A stretch of 64,000 bases of DNA from Massalongia carnosa. Taxonomy: Eukaryota. The first letter of the stretch is position 1. Each line of letters begins with the position of its first letter. The notes under the pieces are model-generated. The model was not told the DNA's origin. It did no database searches and saw only the letters and a list, made by a program, of their open reading frames with translations. This document shows, piece by piece, positions 33,921 through 47,581 of the stretch. The translations under genes and the position numbers were made by a program. The stretch lies in contig OZ287087.1 of the NCBI GenBank assembly GCA_965645245.1, positions 1,302,001 through 1,366,000 on the forward strand. Reading direction: 5' to 3'.

Positions 33921-36900
33921 ATGAGTGAAAAAATCTCTGGGTCGGGGTCCTATAGCGCTATTGATAGGATCCCTAAGCTAGTGGACCACGAGGGTTATCC
34001 AGCATGGAAGCGAGCCATGCGGGATTGCCTCAAAATGATAGATCTTTGGATCTATTGTGATAACACCCAAGCTGCACCACGCCCCAACGCTCCCAATGAT
34101 GGCTTCAACAAATGGAAAAAGGGCCAAGATAAGGCCTGCACTGCTCTTTGATTAGCTTGTGAAGGAAATGCCTACACCGATATAGAAGACCATACTACTG
34201 CTTCCGTCGCCTGGGACCTGCTTGAGTCAAACTATAAGCCTCGCGGTTCGGGATTCCTCAATGACACCTTCAGAAAATTAGACAGCCTTATCCTATCGGA
34301 TTGCAGCAGCCCTGCAGACTACGTTACCCAATTTCGCGCCACGGTCAATAAGCTTCGCACCTTCTCAAGCAAGCTAAGCCTGGACGAAAACTAGCTTATC
34401 TATAGCTTCCATACCAATTTAGGCTTCGAATACAACAGCTATTTCGAACGATACGCTCATAATCATGATCCTTTTAATGAAATGGGTGAACCCAAGCACA
34501 CGTTAAGTCAGGCTATGCAGCATTTCCAAAACACTGTGACCAACCCAAGCAAGTCCAGCGATAAGGCCGTAATCGCAATGGCAGCTGTTTCAAACGCTCA
34601 AACCCAAGCAGGAGCACAATCCGGAACAGCCCATTCTCGAATCATCACCAAGACCATCAATTACTGCAACTTGTGCCGAAAGGACTATCACGTAGAGAGC
34701 GAGTGTCGTGAAAAATATCCACACCTCGTTAACCAAGACTCACAGCGTAAGTCCAATAAGCGTCGCAGGAATTCCAAAAGTCAACGTCAAAGTCAAAAGC
34801 CAACCGGAAACAATGACTCAACCAATGGAGTCTTCTGCGCCTACATGGCTACCGCGGATATAACTAAAATATCTAAGCTCTGGATCTGTGACTCTGGAAC
34901 TTGCCAACATATTACCCATGATCGCTCCATCTTCACCTCATTCAAGAAATCCGATTGCCCACCAATTCAAGGTATTGGAGGAGTATTAATTCCCAAAGGA
35001 ATAGTTAACGTCATGTTGCGGTGTGCCGGTAACGAGGGTCTTCGGGAGTTCCCTCTTTTCGATGTGTTATACGTTCCGGACGGAGGCCTAAATCTCATCT
35101 CCCAAGGACAATTACATCGAGATGGATGTCCCCTGAAGATCGTACCAGAGGGAATTGAAATCGGGAACTATGGTATCACCGCTCGCCGCCAGGACAACAA
35201 TCTGTATATCCTGAACATGTGGAACGTCTCTGAAACCGCTCTCGCTCTCGCTGCAATTAATAGCGACACGATAAAAATGTGGCACGCTCGTTTAGGCCAT
35301 CTTGGAACTCAAAACATTCTCAAGCTCGCTGGCATGTCAAAAGGAATGGACCTCACCAAGCCCCCGCCCCAAGACGCCTGTCCTCCGTGCGCCATCGCTC
35401 AGTCCCAAGTAGAACCATACCGGGCCCCCATCCAACTAGGCAAGCACCCGCTGGACTTAATTCACAGCGATGTCCAAGGACCTTTCCCAGAAGCCTTGAA
35501 CGGCGCCAAATATATGGTGACCTTTCTTTGCGATTTCGATAAAGAGTCACACGTCACCTTACTGCGCGTCAAAAGCGGAATCCTTCAAGCATTTAAAAAC
35601 TACAAGAAGCAAAATGAATACGAGGACAAACGAATTAAGCGTTTGCGATCGGACTGTGGGGGTGAGTATGACTCCAAGGACTTCGAGAATTTCAGAAACG
35701 AGCATGGCATTCAGTGGGAACCTACCGTACCGGGAAATCCACCCATGAACGGGACAGCCGAGCGCCTAGGTCAAACGCTTCACAATTTAGCCAGCACCAT
35801 GCGAGAAGGCGCTAAACTCGACATCAAATATTGGGCTGCGATGGTTCTCACTGCCAACTACCTAAGAAATCGACAACCAACTGCGGGACGCTCCATCACC
35901 CCTTACGAGTCTCACACCGGCAGCCCACCAGAACTAGGACATCTAAGGATAATAGGACAGACTGGCTATGCGCAAAATCGCAAGCCCTCCACCGGATGGA
36001 AGAAATTTCAGGAACGAGCCACCAATGTACTTTAGTGGGATACGAAGGCGATCACATCTATCGAATGATAAATCCAGAGGGTGCGGTCATGCGTTATTCC
36101 AATGTTCAGTGGATGGATAACAATCCCCCAACTCCTCCTTCCTTATCATTCTCTCAAACTAAAAGAGCCCTACATGTTGGACAGTCAGGACCGCCCACAA
36201 GAAAGCAAAAAATTACCCATCATACGGACGCCCCTCATACGGACCTATTCGACGCTCATGAATCCATAGAATCAATTCCCACTGGACCTCCCCCATCAAA
36301 CGCTGGACATGAGGCATAGGCAAACCAACGACACATTGAGCCTCGGTCCCAGGCAGATATTCTCTCTAAGCACCCAAAACTTCGTGCCCCCTCGCCTGAC
36401 CCACTAGCTCTCTTGGCTCTTCTTGCTCGAGCCAATGACCCGGAGCCATACGAGCCTAAAACCTATAAACAGGCCGTAGACAGTCGAGAGGAATAGAATT
36501 GGCGAAGGGCAATGCAGGAAGAAATTGACTCTATCAACGAAAATGATACCTGGATCCTCACCTCCCTGCCCCCGGACCGCAAAGCCCTGCGAGGCAAATG
36601 GGTTTATAAAATCAAACGAGGCCCGGCTGGCGAGATTCTTCGTTACAAGGCTCGATGGGTTGTTAGTGGCTTTGAGCATCGTGATGGCATTGACTACAAT
36701 GAGACTTTTGCTTCAGTAATGAAGCCAATGAGCTATAAAGCCATCTTCGCTATCGCTGCAGCCAATGACTGGGAAATCCACCAAAAGGACGTAAAAACAG
36801 CCTTCTTGTACGGAAGGGTGGACGAGGAAATCTACGTGGAGCAACCAACCGGTCTGGATGACGGGTCAACGAGAGTTTGCAAGTTGAAGAAAGCTCTTTA

Positions 36901-38050
36901 TGGCCTGAAACAGTCGTCTAGAATCTGGTATGAAACGATCACTACTTTTTTCAAGTCTTATGAATTCGTTCCAATCAACGCCGACCTTAGCGTTTTCGTT
37001 AAAGAAGGGGTTGTCGTAGCCATTTACGTCGATGATTTAATCATCACTGGCTCTTCTTCTTCCGAGATACAACGTGTCAAGAATCTGCTGAGCGACGAGT
37101 TCTCGATAGTTGATTTAGGCCCTATCAATTACTACCTGGGCATGACGATAACTTGGGATCGGGCTAATAGGATTCCTCGCCTTGGTCAGCAGGCCTATCT
37201 GGAAAAAGTACTACGCGACCATGGCATGTGGGACACTAACCCCGTAGCTACCCCGATAGATGGGCGACTGTAGGCTGCACCAGAGGGCCATCAGGCCACA
37301 GATGACTCTCGCCTCCGCTACCAATCAGCGGTGGGCTCTCTCATGTATGCTATGCTAGGCACCAGGCCTGACTTAGCCTACGCCGTATCGGTGGTCAGCC
37401 GCTATGCCTCTAACCCAACCGACACGCACTAGAAGGAAGTCAAATGCATCTTTCGATACATCAAGGGCACTCTTCCGTTGCAGTTAACATACAAAGGTCA
37501 CTTACAACCCTTGAACGGTTTCACTGATGCGGATAGGGCCGGAGATCATCATACCCGAAGGTCTACCCCTGGCTTCGTGTTTAATGTGGGTAGTGGCGCT
37601 ATTAGCTGGTCTTCCAAACGACAACCGACCGTAGCCCTATCTTCTTGCGAAGCTGAGTACATGGGTCAGACTCAAGCCACCAAGGAAGCCGTCTGGTTGT
37701 CTAGTCCTCTCGACCTACTTTCAGCACCTCAAGTCCCTGGGAATCACTCTCTCCAAACCTAGAGAACCTCTGTAGCCCTTGCCTGCTTGCCTACATCTTT
37801 CGCCCTAAATGCTATCATCATTCACTGCGACAATCAAGGAGCAATGACTTTGGCCAAAAATCCCCAGGCACACGCGCTGAGCAAGGATATTGACATCCAA
37901 TGGCACTGCCAATACCAAAGAGAGAAGATCGAATACAAATCAGTGGAATTTCGCTATGTTCCTACCGAAGAGCAGGTAGCTGACGGCCTAACCAAGGCCC
38001 TACCAAAGGACAAATATGTTGTCTTTCGAAAGGCTTTAGGCTTAGAGTAA
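33921..38050 (+). pseudogene. Copia Gag-Pol with multiple stops and frameshifts
   Basis: CNLCRKDYHVESEC, WICDSG, WHARLGH, LRSDCGGEY, YKARWV, DVKTAFL, IYVDDL, SSCEAEY, ADGLTK. Confidence 0.93.
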
Positions 38051-38502
38051 ACTAGAAGCCTTTTGTCGTAAAAATCCGACTTTAACCCAAAAAAAAAAGA
38101 AGTATGACCCACAGCTGAGCCTGTGCGGGTGTTTTCGTACATCGCAAGCAGCATTAGCCTGCAGAGTATACTGACTCACCTGTAGGTGATCGACTGGGAA
38201 GCATGATATTATACTGGAGTATGTGGGAGTTATTGAATTTCTCTTTATCATATGGGAGTGCTATTTCAGTGCCTGAGTAGGAGTGTTAGAATGTACAAAG
38301 CAGGCTACTTTATTTCAGCCGCACTCGCCTTCTACCGCACGAGTATGACGCACGCTAATGGCTAGACGTATGGCTAGTCTAATACTAGGATACCGTACAT
38401 TGTCTATAAATCTAGCTATTCCCACTATATAGAACAAAAGCAAGCGTTCTATCCTCGAATTTCGATTTTACAATTTGTCTTTGTAAAGTACGTAAATGTA
38501 GC

Positions 38503-38899
38503 AGGATAAACTTATTCTGATTTTACTGTTCGATCTCTACCCAACGTCCCGTTTCGATAATTTCGTCTTCTAGCTGACCTAGTATCTATTTTCTAGTAGC
38601 TGAAAGGCGAAGTACGAACATTGTGACTATATTGCTCTACAGTAGTTGTAGGACAATAGAATAAAAGTCGCTATAGAATAGCAGTAGGTAGAGTGTAATC
38701 AATAGATTGATCACTGGCCCTCCGAAAGAGGTTGGCGAAGGGCTCTTTATCCTATAGCCCCGCCTTGATCAGGCCACGTTCGTCAAACTTATTACTATTA
38801 CATAATTAGACGGGCTCAGACTATTGCATAAGTGTCTTCCCGCGCACCCCCTATAGAAGTGTGCGACCACTTCCTGTCTTGTAGGAAGCTATCCTGACA
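38503..38899. repeat. Probable solo LTR with an eroded left terminus
   Basis: Flanked by GTAGC at 38498-38502 and 38900-38904; AGGATA.../...TATCCTGACA inverted termini. Confidence 0.5.
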
Positions 38900-38904
38900 G
38901 TAGC

Positions 38905-39370
38905 GTTTTTGTTTTGACAGTAAACTTTATCAAAATGTCATTTCCAATTTTGGTATGGAATAATATGTTTAAATTGAGTGTAGTATTGACATTTCGTTTC
39001 ATTATTTGAATTTCTTTAAAATAATGAATGGAGTTCAACAATAGATGTTCTAGCGTTTGGCGTTCGTTGTATCGATTCGTGCATTTTGACGAATTATTAT
39101 CTTTTAATCGATATAGATATGATCGAAAATAACCGTGTCCGAATTTCTTCCTCATAATGGTAGCAACTATTAATTTCGAACAATTGTTTAACAAGTGATA
39201 AAAGCTCGATTTGCCAGGTTGCGTTTCGAATTTCTCGTAATAATTGCCTTTTGACCTGTATCGTTGCCATTGATTCCGTAGATAAAACGTGCAGGAACTT
39301 TCGATTTCGTTCCCGTACCTTCGATTTTGTTCCTGCAGTCACGAGAAGATTCCATCGGGAGTATACCACA
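38905..39370 (-). pseudogene. AT-rich LINE ORF2 C-terminal fragment
   Basis: GHGYFRSYLYRL...C...QTLEHLLL zinc-finger-like tail of Tad1-type ORF2. Confidence 0.65.
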
Positions 39371-40139
39371 TGGGTACTAGCTTAATAGTGGATATATAAA
39401 GGTAGGTTTGGGTTGTCAATTCTCTTTTGATGATGATGATGATTGATTCTTGTACCGATCTGACACCGGCCGAAGGCTGGCCCATGCGGGCTATCTACTT
39501 ATTCTTACAGGGAAAACCTTTTAAAGGGATAAAATTCATGCAGACTGCGCCATTATCCCAAACGTGTTCCGTTTCTGGACTGCATTCTTCGCTCGATATT
39601 CTGTGGAATCCTTGACAAAATGAGAGTTATCACTCGTATAACAGTTACGATGCTAGTGAAAATTGGGTCAGCAAATTTGCATTTATTATCCATGTGGTTA
39701 GTTTTTTCAACATTTTCGACGAGCTCATGATGGTTCGATAGTCGTTGGTGCCTATTTGTTTTAGCACTTCATACGAGACTGTGCCATCTCAGACCTGAGA
39801 TTAATTTGCTACTACTTTTCATTTGCTTACTATTCGGCTTGTTATTTGGCTTGCTATTTTTTCATGCGAATCTCAAAATATCTCGGATTTCTGCTCCGGA
39901 CCTGCTCCGCTTCGCTCCGCAACGGCCCTGCGCCATCTCCTCCTTGACACCCGCCAAAGCATCTGTCAAAGCATCTTTCAAATAGTCTCCCAGATAGCCT
40001 CCGCTGATTGTAATAAGGCCCCACATCTAGCTCCTAAATAGCCTTCAAATAGTCTCTGCCGCTTTTCAAATAACCTCCCTTTTTTCCCTGAAAATTCCAC
40101 CTCGACGTTTTTTTGTCTGCTACCCAGAACACCGTTAAT

Positions 40140-41420
40140 CTACCATCTAGACCACCTTTTGTCAATCATCCAAACTATCTCTTGATCACCGTCCTGACCA
40201 CCTTTTGACCACTACCCTGATCACACTTTGACCGTCACCCGTATTACTTTTTGTCCACCCTTCCAGGCTATCTTCTGTCTATCGTCCAGATCAACTGACA
40301 GATCATCGTCCAGACCACCTTTTAATCATCACCCAGATCACCTTTGTCCATCATTCAGACCCTCTTTAACCACTATTCATATCATCTTTTATCCATCACT
40401 CATATCATCTATTGACCAACGTTCATATCATCTTTTGTCCACCTGCAAGACCACCTTTCGACCTTCACTCAGACCACCTTTTGATCACTATTAAGATCCC
40501 CTTTTTTCCACCTCCCATATCATCTTTTGTCCACCTGTCAGATTATCTTTTGCTCACCTGTCAGATCATCTTTTGTCTATCGTCCATATCATCTTTTGTC
40601 TATCGTCTATATCATCTTTTGTTCATCGTCTTGACCAACTTTTGATCATCACCCAGACAATCTTTAGTCCATCACTAATAACCTTTTTTTCACCTGTCAG
40701 GCCAACTTTTGTTCATCACCCAGATCACCTTTTGTCCATCGTCCAGACCACCTTTTGACAACCTTTTGACCACCTTTTGCCCATCTTTTGTCCATCATCT
40801 AGACCACCTTTGTCCATTACTAATATAACCTTTTGTCCACCTGTCAGGCCACATTTTGTCCACCTGCCAGAGCACCTTTTGTCCACCCCTCATATCACCT
40901 TTTGATCATCGTCCAGACCACCTGCCAGACCACCCGCCAGACCACGTGCCAGACCACCTTTTGTCCACCTGCAAGACCATCTTTTGTCTACCTGCCATGC
41001 CACAATTTGTCCACCTGTCAGACCACCTTTTGTCCATCCCTCATATCAACTTTTGATCATAATCCAGACCACCTGCCAGACCACCTTTTGTCGACCTGCC
41101 AGACCACCTTTTGTCCACCTGCCAGACCACCTTTTGTCCATCCCTCATATCAACTTTTGATTATAATCCAGACCACCTGCCAGACCACCTTTTGTCTATC
41201 ACCCAGACCACCTTTTTTCTACCTGTCAGACAGACCACCTGCCAGACCACCTGCCCGACCAACTTTTGTCCATCACCCAGCCACCCAGACCACCTTTTGT
41301 CTATCACCCAGACTACCTTTTGTCTACCTGCCAGACAGTCTTTTGTCTATTACCCAGACCTCTTTTTGTCCCTCACCCAGACCAACTTTTGTCTACCTGC
41401 CAGACCACCTTGTGTCTACC
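40140..41420. repeat. Degenerate C-rich minisatellite array, core CCAGACCACCTTTTGTCCACCTG
   Basis: Dozens of ~23-24-bp units interspersed with 12-bp CCAGACCACCTG subunits. Confidence 0.9.
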
Positions 41421-41859
41421 ACTAAAAACATTGAATAGCCAGTAATTAATGATGATAGAAATAAATTATGAAATAGATGAAGCAGATGATGAAGTAAATG
41501 ATGAAGTAGCAACGCGTTAACAAAACAATAATAATGTTGACATAATTGACACTAAACTACATCGAGTGAACATTAAACCGAATCGAGGTTTTTTGCAAGT
41601 TCGTTAGACGGACGGATTTAGCGCGGTTTTCGGGAACATCAAAACATGAAAACCTCAAATAACGACCACCTCTCACGTCCCACAACGGGCGTAAAAGAAC
41701 GTAGTTTTCGTGATACGGATTGATATCCACAGGATTAGTTGAACCACCAAGTTTGACGAAGTAAAACGGTCCGGTACGGTGGAGGCAAGAGGGGAGTTTT
41801 TGGTCCTGTCCGCACGACGTCCTCTCCGCATTATTACTACTTCAGTACTATATAGATCT

Positions 41860-44800
41860 GCCGTTGATTAGCCTGCAATGTAGAATGATGTGTTTGGCTG
41901 TCTGCTTCTGCTATCCGCACGAGCAGGCCGGGGTAATAACGCCCGGTACCCGACGATTGAACAGGAAGTTTGCCAAGCCTATTTTTTCGGTGCGGATTTG
42001 CGTGGTTAGCGCGCTTTCCGCTTTCATCAGGTTGTTGTGAATCTTCAGTCTCGTCCTACTGAGAGATCCCAACTGTGCCTCTGTCGGGCGGGGAATGCGG
42101 TTCTGGTACGTCTTCAATTTGGAGTCCCAGCGTTCCTTGATGCGTTCTGTGATGGCCTTTGTGTGTTTCTCTATGGTATGGCGTGTCGTGGTGCATTTTT
42201 CGAGGTGCGCCGGGTCGGGTGTAGACCAGGGCGGGGGCGATGGGGGCATTGTGACTGGTGCCTCGTTATTCAACATTTTGCTGGCCAATTCGTATTTCAA
42301 CTCTCCTGGGGTGAGGTGTTGCGTTCTTTTGCGTCCTGCCTTACCCCGTAGCTTGTTCGCTATTGTGTTGCAGGCTTTGGAAATCAGTTTCGCCTGCCCT
42401 GCAGCCCGTAGACGATACCTTGCTTTTATCTGTAGATTGTCCAGATGCAACTCCATGGGGGCGATGAACGTTTCCGCTTCGAGAACTTCGACGGGTGTTG
42501 CCTTGAACGCCCCTATCACGGTGCGTAAGCATTTGTTCTGCATGACGCTGAGTTTGGACGTGGTGGCCTTGTTTTTCTTGATTTCCCTGGGTGTGTGCCA
42601 CACGGTGCTTCCATAAGTCATTGCCGGGCGAACGACGGCGGTGTAAACCTGCCGGGCCTTCGCGAAAGAAGCTCCCCAGGTGGATGTCGAAATTTTTGTG
42701 AGCGCCAGCGACTGCGACGTCATCTTTTCCTGTGTTTTCCGTATGTGGGCTCCCCATTTCAATTTGGTGTCGATTTGGAGGCCCAGAACTCGTATGTCCG
42801 TTTTCGGTTCTATTAGGTTGTTTTCTATTTGAATAGTAGCCGACATGTCGAATTTCTTTGGATTTCTGGACAAATGAATGAGCTCATATTTATCCGGTGC
42901 AAATACGGACCCGTGGCGTGCCGCCCATAGTTCGCATTTTCTGTGAATTCTTTCGAGGGTTCTGCACTTTTCTGTTACAGCGCCGCCGTATAAGGCTGAT
43001 AATTACTAAGCCTGATGACTCAGCGGTGCTGAACACAGTCATACATACTATAGTCAGGTCAAGCGATGACTAATGGGACGGGACAGAAGGTCTGAGCCCA
43101 CGGAGGAACGTCCGCCCTTAGTTGGCATAGTTTGCAGAGTACTGAAGAAACTCGACCTCGACTATTCCCACTGATCTATATAATATGGTGTTAGGCCCAC
43201 CTAGATAGATCATCTTACAATTTAACTACTCCGTACTAAATTGTTCTACTCTTAACCCACTACACTACTCCTAGTCCAGAGTCACTCTAACATTTTCTTC
43301 CGTGCTCTTGCCGTATGCCAACACATTTACGTCGTCTACAAATCCTAACGCGCTCGTGTTTGTGCCGGGTCTCTCGCATATCTCTAAAAGGTCCGTATTG
43401 TAGAACAGGTAGAGAATAGGGGAAATGGGTGAGCCTTGAGGAATGCCCGTGCGCACCGCGAACTCCTCGGTTACTCGCCGATTTATCGTTAGTGTGGTTC
43501 TTCTTTCCTTCAGAAAGCTTGCCGTCCAGTCTGTGATCCATTTCGGGATTTTCCTTTTTCGCAGATTGTGTATCAGCCTGCGATGAGACACTGTGTCGAA
43601 TGCGCCTGCTACATCCATGCTGAGGAGAGTTGCCACCTTATTGTTGCCTTGTCCCCATACAGTGTGTACCTGTTCGGTGAGGAGTTCGAGCGCAGACTCG
43701 GTAGATCGGGCACGCCGAGCGCCCATTTGTGTGTCCGGCAGGAGACGGTGCTGTTCCGCTATATAAGTAATCTTCCTTGCGATGACTGCTTCTAATACCT
43801 TACCCATTGTGTTCAGTAAAGCTATGGGTCTGTATGCCTTTGGACTGGTATTGTATTTCTTTCCCGGTTTTCTGAGCGTGATCGTGTTTGCTCTTTTGAA
43901 CTCGTGGGGATGATACGCATGCGTGACGCAAGCCTGAAATAAAGGGGTTAGCAACTCTGCTAGCTTTGTGGAGCATGCCTTGAGAATTCTGTTGGTGATC
44001 CCGTCAGGGCCCGGAGCCTTGTCGGACTTAAGACGTTGTATGTTTGCGATCACTTCATAATTTGTGATTGTCATGCGGCAATCCGCGGCGGCGGGGTAGA
44101 ACGACCCGGGTATGTCGCTCAAGTCGGCCGGCGGGGGGGGGGGGAAAGAATTTGGCTTTCAGCATTTCCGCTTTTTCTTCGAACGTCTCCGCTGTTTGCC
44201 CTTCGTGCCTCAATGGCGGCATTTTCGGTATCTCGCGGGGCTTCTGACTCTTGTCTTTTGCCCATCTTGCTAGCTTCCATATGCCTAACGGCGACTCGGT
44301 GGCTTTGCTTATCTCTTTGCGAAATGAGAGCGTTTTTGCTTTTTGGATTATCTTTTGCTTCTTGTCGTTGGAATTCATATATGCCTTCCAGTCGTCTAAG
44401 TGGCGCGATGACGACCAGAAGCGGCGCAATTTGTGAGTCTTGCGGGTGGCGCGGTTGCATTCTTCGTTCCAAAAGGGTTTCGCATATTCGCTGGGTCTGG
44501 CCCAGGGGACGGAGGCGGTTATGATTTTCTGCAGGAACTCTTGAATTGTCTGGGCGTACTGATCTATTTCTGCGGTTGAGCGGGGGTGGGTCACGGGCGG
44601 GGCGTTGCTTTCAGCCTCCCTCAATTTCTCCATGTTCAGCAGCTTCCATGCTCTGCGCTTTACTTTCGTTAGCTGTTCACTCCCGAGAAGAATGCGAGTG
44701 GATATCGGAATGTGATCAGAGGATTGATTCATTTCCGGTCTTGACATGCAGTGTTCCAGTCTTTCCGCCAGAAATTCCGACATGAATACTAGATCTATAG

Positions 44801-45395
44801 TGCTAAAAGAGTTCCGGGCCTCCCACGTGACGGTTCCTTTGGGCAGCGTCAGTGAGAGGTCAAATTCTTCTACTATATTCAATAACTGATCTGCGGCTGC
44901 GTGTTGTGTTGGCCTTGTGATTCCATTCCAAAAGGGGTGGTGAAGATTGAAGTCGCCGAGAAGAACGTGCTGTGCGTCTGCGGCAAGCTGCTGGCGTACG
45001 ACGGGGAGTGTGGACGGGCTGTCTGTGGATGAATAAGAGGACGGGGACGGGTTGTACACGTTATGAATGTGCAGCACTTTTGTAACCCCATCGGTACACA
45101 CGTTCAATTTCAACGTGCATAGATCTGCGGTAGGGAATTCTACTTCCCAGCTTTCCGGGTCTATTTTCTCGTTAACGTAAAAACATACGCGTGTGTCACC
45201 GCCGGGACGATACAGGAGGTGAAATCCACTTTGATGTGAGCTGAGCGTTGTGGGAGCGTGCGTGCTCCGCCACGGTTCCTGTATTGCTATTACATCGTAG
45301 TCCTGCGTGTTTAAATCTGCCAAAAGTGGAATCATTGTGCTTACTCGATCATTTCTGACGTTGTACTGTAGTATAATGGAGTTTATGTCCTTCAT
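41860..45395 (-). pseudogene. LINE ORF2 (endonuclease-RT); frameshift in the G-run at ~44133-44144, solo-LTR insertion, late stop
   Basis: LQYNV, IAIQEPW, GDFNLHH, SDHIPI; KAPGPDG, YRPIALL, GIPQGSPISP, FVDD; CSCG...HIILHC. Confidence 0.92.
42973..43292. repeat. Solo LTR (320 bp) in the LINE 1 RT
   Basis: TGTTA...TAACA with TSD TTTTC. Removing it restores TEEKCRTLERIH. Confidence 0.9.
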
Positions 45396-46990
45396 AAATC
45401 TCCTTCTTCCATTACGTCCGTTGCCGGGGCGGTGGGGTGGTCCGATTCTGGGTCGGCGGGGGAGGGAGATGATTCAAGGGTCGGCGGGGGGGGGGCCGGA
45501 TCCGTGCGGAACGGGGCGGGTATTGCTGCGGTTGGTGTGTTTGGTGGTCTGCCAAGAGTTGGCTTTGCCATCGCTCTTTGCATGTTCATGGGTTTCATGA
45601 TCTCCGTGTCCTTCCATGACATGCCCGCTACGCGGCTGGGACCTGCCGAGGAGACTTCTTGGGAACCCGCTGGGGCGGTTTTCCTTTTCTTGCTGGTGAC
45701 GACCTTCCAGGAACCGTTGACAGGTCTCTCCGTTGCCTCCCCTGGTGTTGCGCTGCATTCCTTGTCCGTTGAGGTTTGAGACGAGAAGATGAATGACCAC
45801 GCTACGATCGGGTCGCCCGTGACGAAGAGCTGGGGTGAGCTTTTCCTGGCCTTCTCTATCTTGCTCATTTCTAGTAATCTGAGTTTGCATGTTGGGGCCC
45901 ACGCTACGTGGCCTCTCTCATCGCAGCATGCGCACCTTTTGTGTTTACCTGTTGTTTCTGGGTTGCATTCGTTAGTCGAGTGCCCGCCGGCGCAGAGCCC
46001 GCACGCCGTTGGGTTGCGGCAGCGTTTTGCTATGTGTCCGTATTTATAGCAGTTGAAGCACTGCGTTAGCTTGCAACTTTTTACGAATTTTTCGCAATTC
46101 TTAATCTCATGATCGACGAGGAAGCCCTCGGTGATGAGGCGGTTCGCCATCGCGGGAGTCTCTACTTCTACATGCAGCGACGAGTATGTCTTCTTTTCTT
46201 TGATGGCCCTGAACGACCAGGCGATTCTCGTGATTTTTAGGCCTGAGTGTAATCGTGCGTTAGCTGCCTGCAGGTACTGTATGGTTTGATTCTGATTGGT
46301 GGCATCGATATGTGCCATCTTTACTCCGCTACCTCGCACTGCATAGGTGCGGCGTTGGACTGAAGCAGACGCCGCAATCGCAGTGGTCCATTCAGTGTTT
46401 TCATATAAGGTTTTCTTGACCTCTGCTGATTCTGCGTGAATTCGTATGTCTCCGCTTGTAAGTCGCAATATTCCCACTATCCCTTCGACGTTTTTCCGCA
46501 GCGATTCCACCAACTCCTGAGTGGGCATCTGTCTCACTATTTCTCGATCGGCCTCGTTCGTGACTCGTAGTGTGATCTCCCGGGCCCTTTTGGCCTCGCC
46601 GGGGGATGGCTCTTTGGTTTTTTGGGGTTTGGGGTGCTTAAGATTGTACGTCGGGCATTGCCCGGCCTGGTTCTGGGGCGCCAGCGGGGTGGCCGCGGCG
46701 GCGTAGCTTGTGGGGGGCTCGTTATTCTTTTTGGTGCCTTCTATGCGATTAAGTGCGTTTCTTATGTCCCGTAGGGACTCTGTTACCGTGACGGTGTCTT
46801 CGTTTTCCGAATTAATGTGAAGCTGGGCTTGCAACGTGGCTTTAACCTCCTTCAACAGAGTTTGCGCCACCGGGTCTCCTACGCTGTTACCGGGCTTTAA
46901 GTACTCATCTATCTTTGCTCCCAAGAGCTTTATCTTCTCCTCCTGCTCCTTCTTGCGTTTCTCGCGGTCTTGCGCGACTGTGTTTATCAT
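45392..46990 (-). CDS. LINE ORF1 (gag-like nucleic-acid-binding protein)
   Basis: CFNCYKYGHIAKRC, CGLCAGGHSTNEC, CACCDERGH; stop overlaps the ORF2 start (ATGA). Confidence 0.9.
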   Translation of the reverse strand: MINTVAQDREKRKKEQEEKIKLLGAKIDEYLKPGNSVGDPVAQTLLKEVKATLQAQLHINSENEDTVTVTESLRDIRNALNRIEGTKKNNEPPTSYAAAATPLAPQNQAGQCPTYNLKHPKPQKTKEPSPGEAKRAREITLRVTNEADREIVRQMPTQELVESLRKNVEGIVGILRLTSGDIRIHAESAEVKKTLYENTEWTTAIAASASVQRRTYAVRGSGVKMAHIDATNQNQTIQYLQAANARLHSGLKITRIAWSFRAIKEKKTYSSLHVEVETPAMANRLITEGFLVDHEIKNCEKFVKSCKLTQCFNCYKYGHIAKRCRNPTACGLCAGGHSTNECNPETTGKHKRCACCDERGHVAWAPTCKLRLLEMSKIEKARKSSPQLFVTGDPIVAWSFIFSSQTSTDKECSATPGEATERPVNGSWKVVTSKKRKTAPAGSQEVSSAGPSRVAGMSWKDTEIMKPMNMQRAMAKPTLGRPPNTPTAAIPAPFRTDPAPPPPTLESSPSPADPESDHPTAPATDVMEEGDL

Positions 46991-47581
46991 TTTCGAAGTT
47001 TTTCGTGAATGTATGTATGTATCAATCCTCTTATAGACGGGTAAAAGTACCAATTTGCTGTAAGAGTCCGTCAATTGTCTCTTTACTTCCTTATCTTAAT
47101 TGTATTCGTTTCTAGTATCCGTATGACTTTTCTCTAGGTAGATCATAACAATTCAGACCTCTGATGTTTACGACGACACGATTTTTTAAAACGTTATCGA
47201 TTTTTTTTCGGACGATAAAAACTGAATAACTGAATAAAGTATGTGTATTGATTTATATTAAACGTTTCTGTCAATGCATTTCGTTAAAGATTTTATCTAT
47301 TATTCTCCTGTCATTTATTTTCAGAAGATAGATCTTGAATTTTTCAGAGAAATTAAAATGTCAACCCTTGCGAAGAGATATTAATGAAGTCTTCGTCCTT
47401 TTATAATGAGAGAAACTCGTCTAACAAATCTGAATAAATTCTGATTACTATCATGTGGTTATAAATCATGACATCGTTGACTAATTTATTTTCATAATTT
47501 TTATTAGATACCGTGATAATTTTCTTAATAAAATATTCGGAAGATAATAATAAAAGATTTAATGTAGATTAATTTTTAATA

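Larger units (their letters stand above)
30345..38456 (+). mobile_element. Ty1/Copia LTR retrotransposon, degenerate, 3' LTR truncated, pogo insertion in the leader
   Basis: LTRs at 30345-30525 and 38284-38456 (TGTTAGAAT...); PBS-like GGTTCTGAGCCC after the 5' LTR; domain order gag-PR-IN-RT-RH. Confidence 0.92.
41750..46990 (-). mobile_element. Tad1-like LINE (copy 1); ends approximate
   Basis: ORF1 with three Cys/His knuckles; ORF2 with APE endonuclease, RT and a C-terminal zinc finger. Confidence 0.92.

Noticed and set aside
40140..41438. Repeat array as a CRISPR, or ORFs 40833/40856/41111 as Cys/Pro-rich proteins
   Set aside because: There are no unique spacers or cas genes and the context is eukaryotic. 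The ORFs appear in all three frames as by-products of the repeat.
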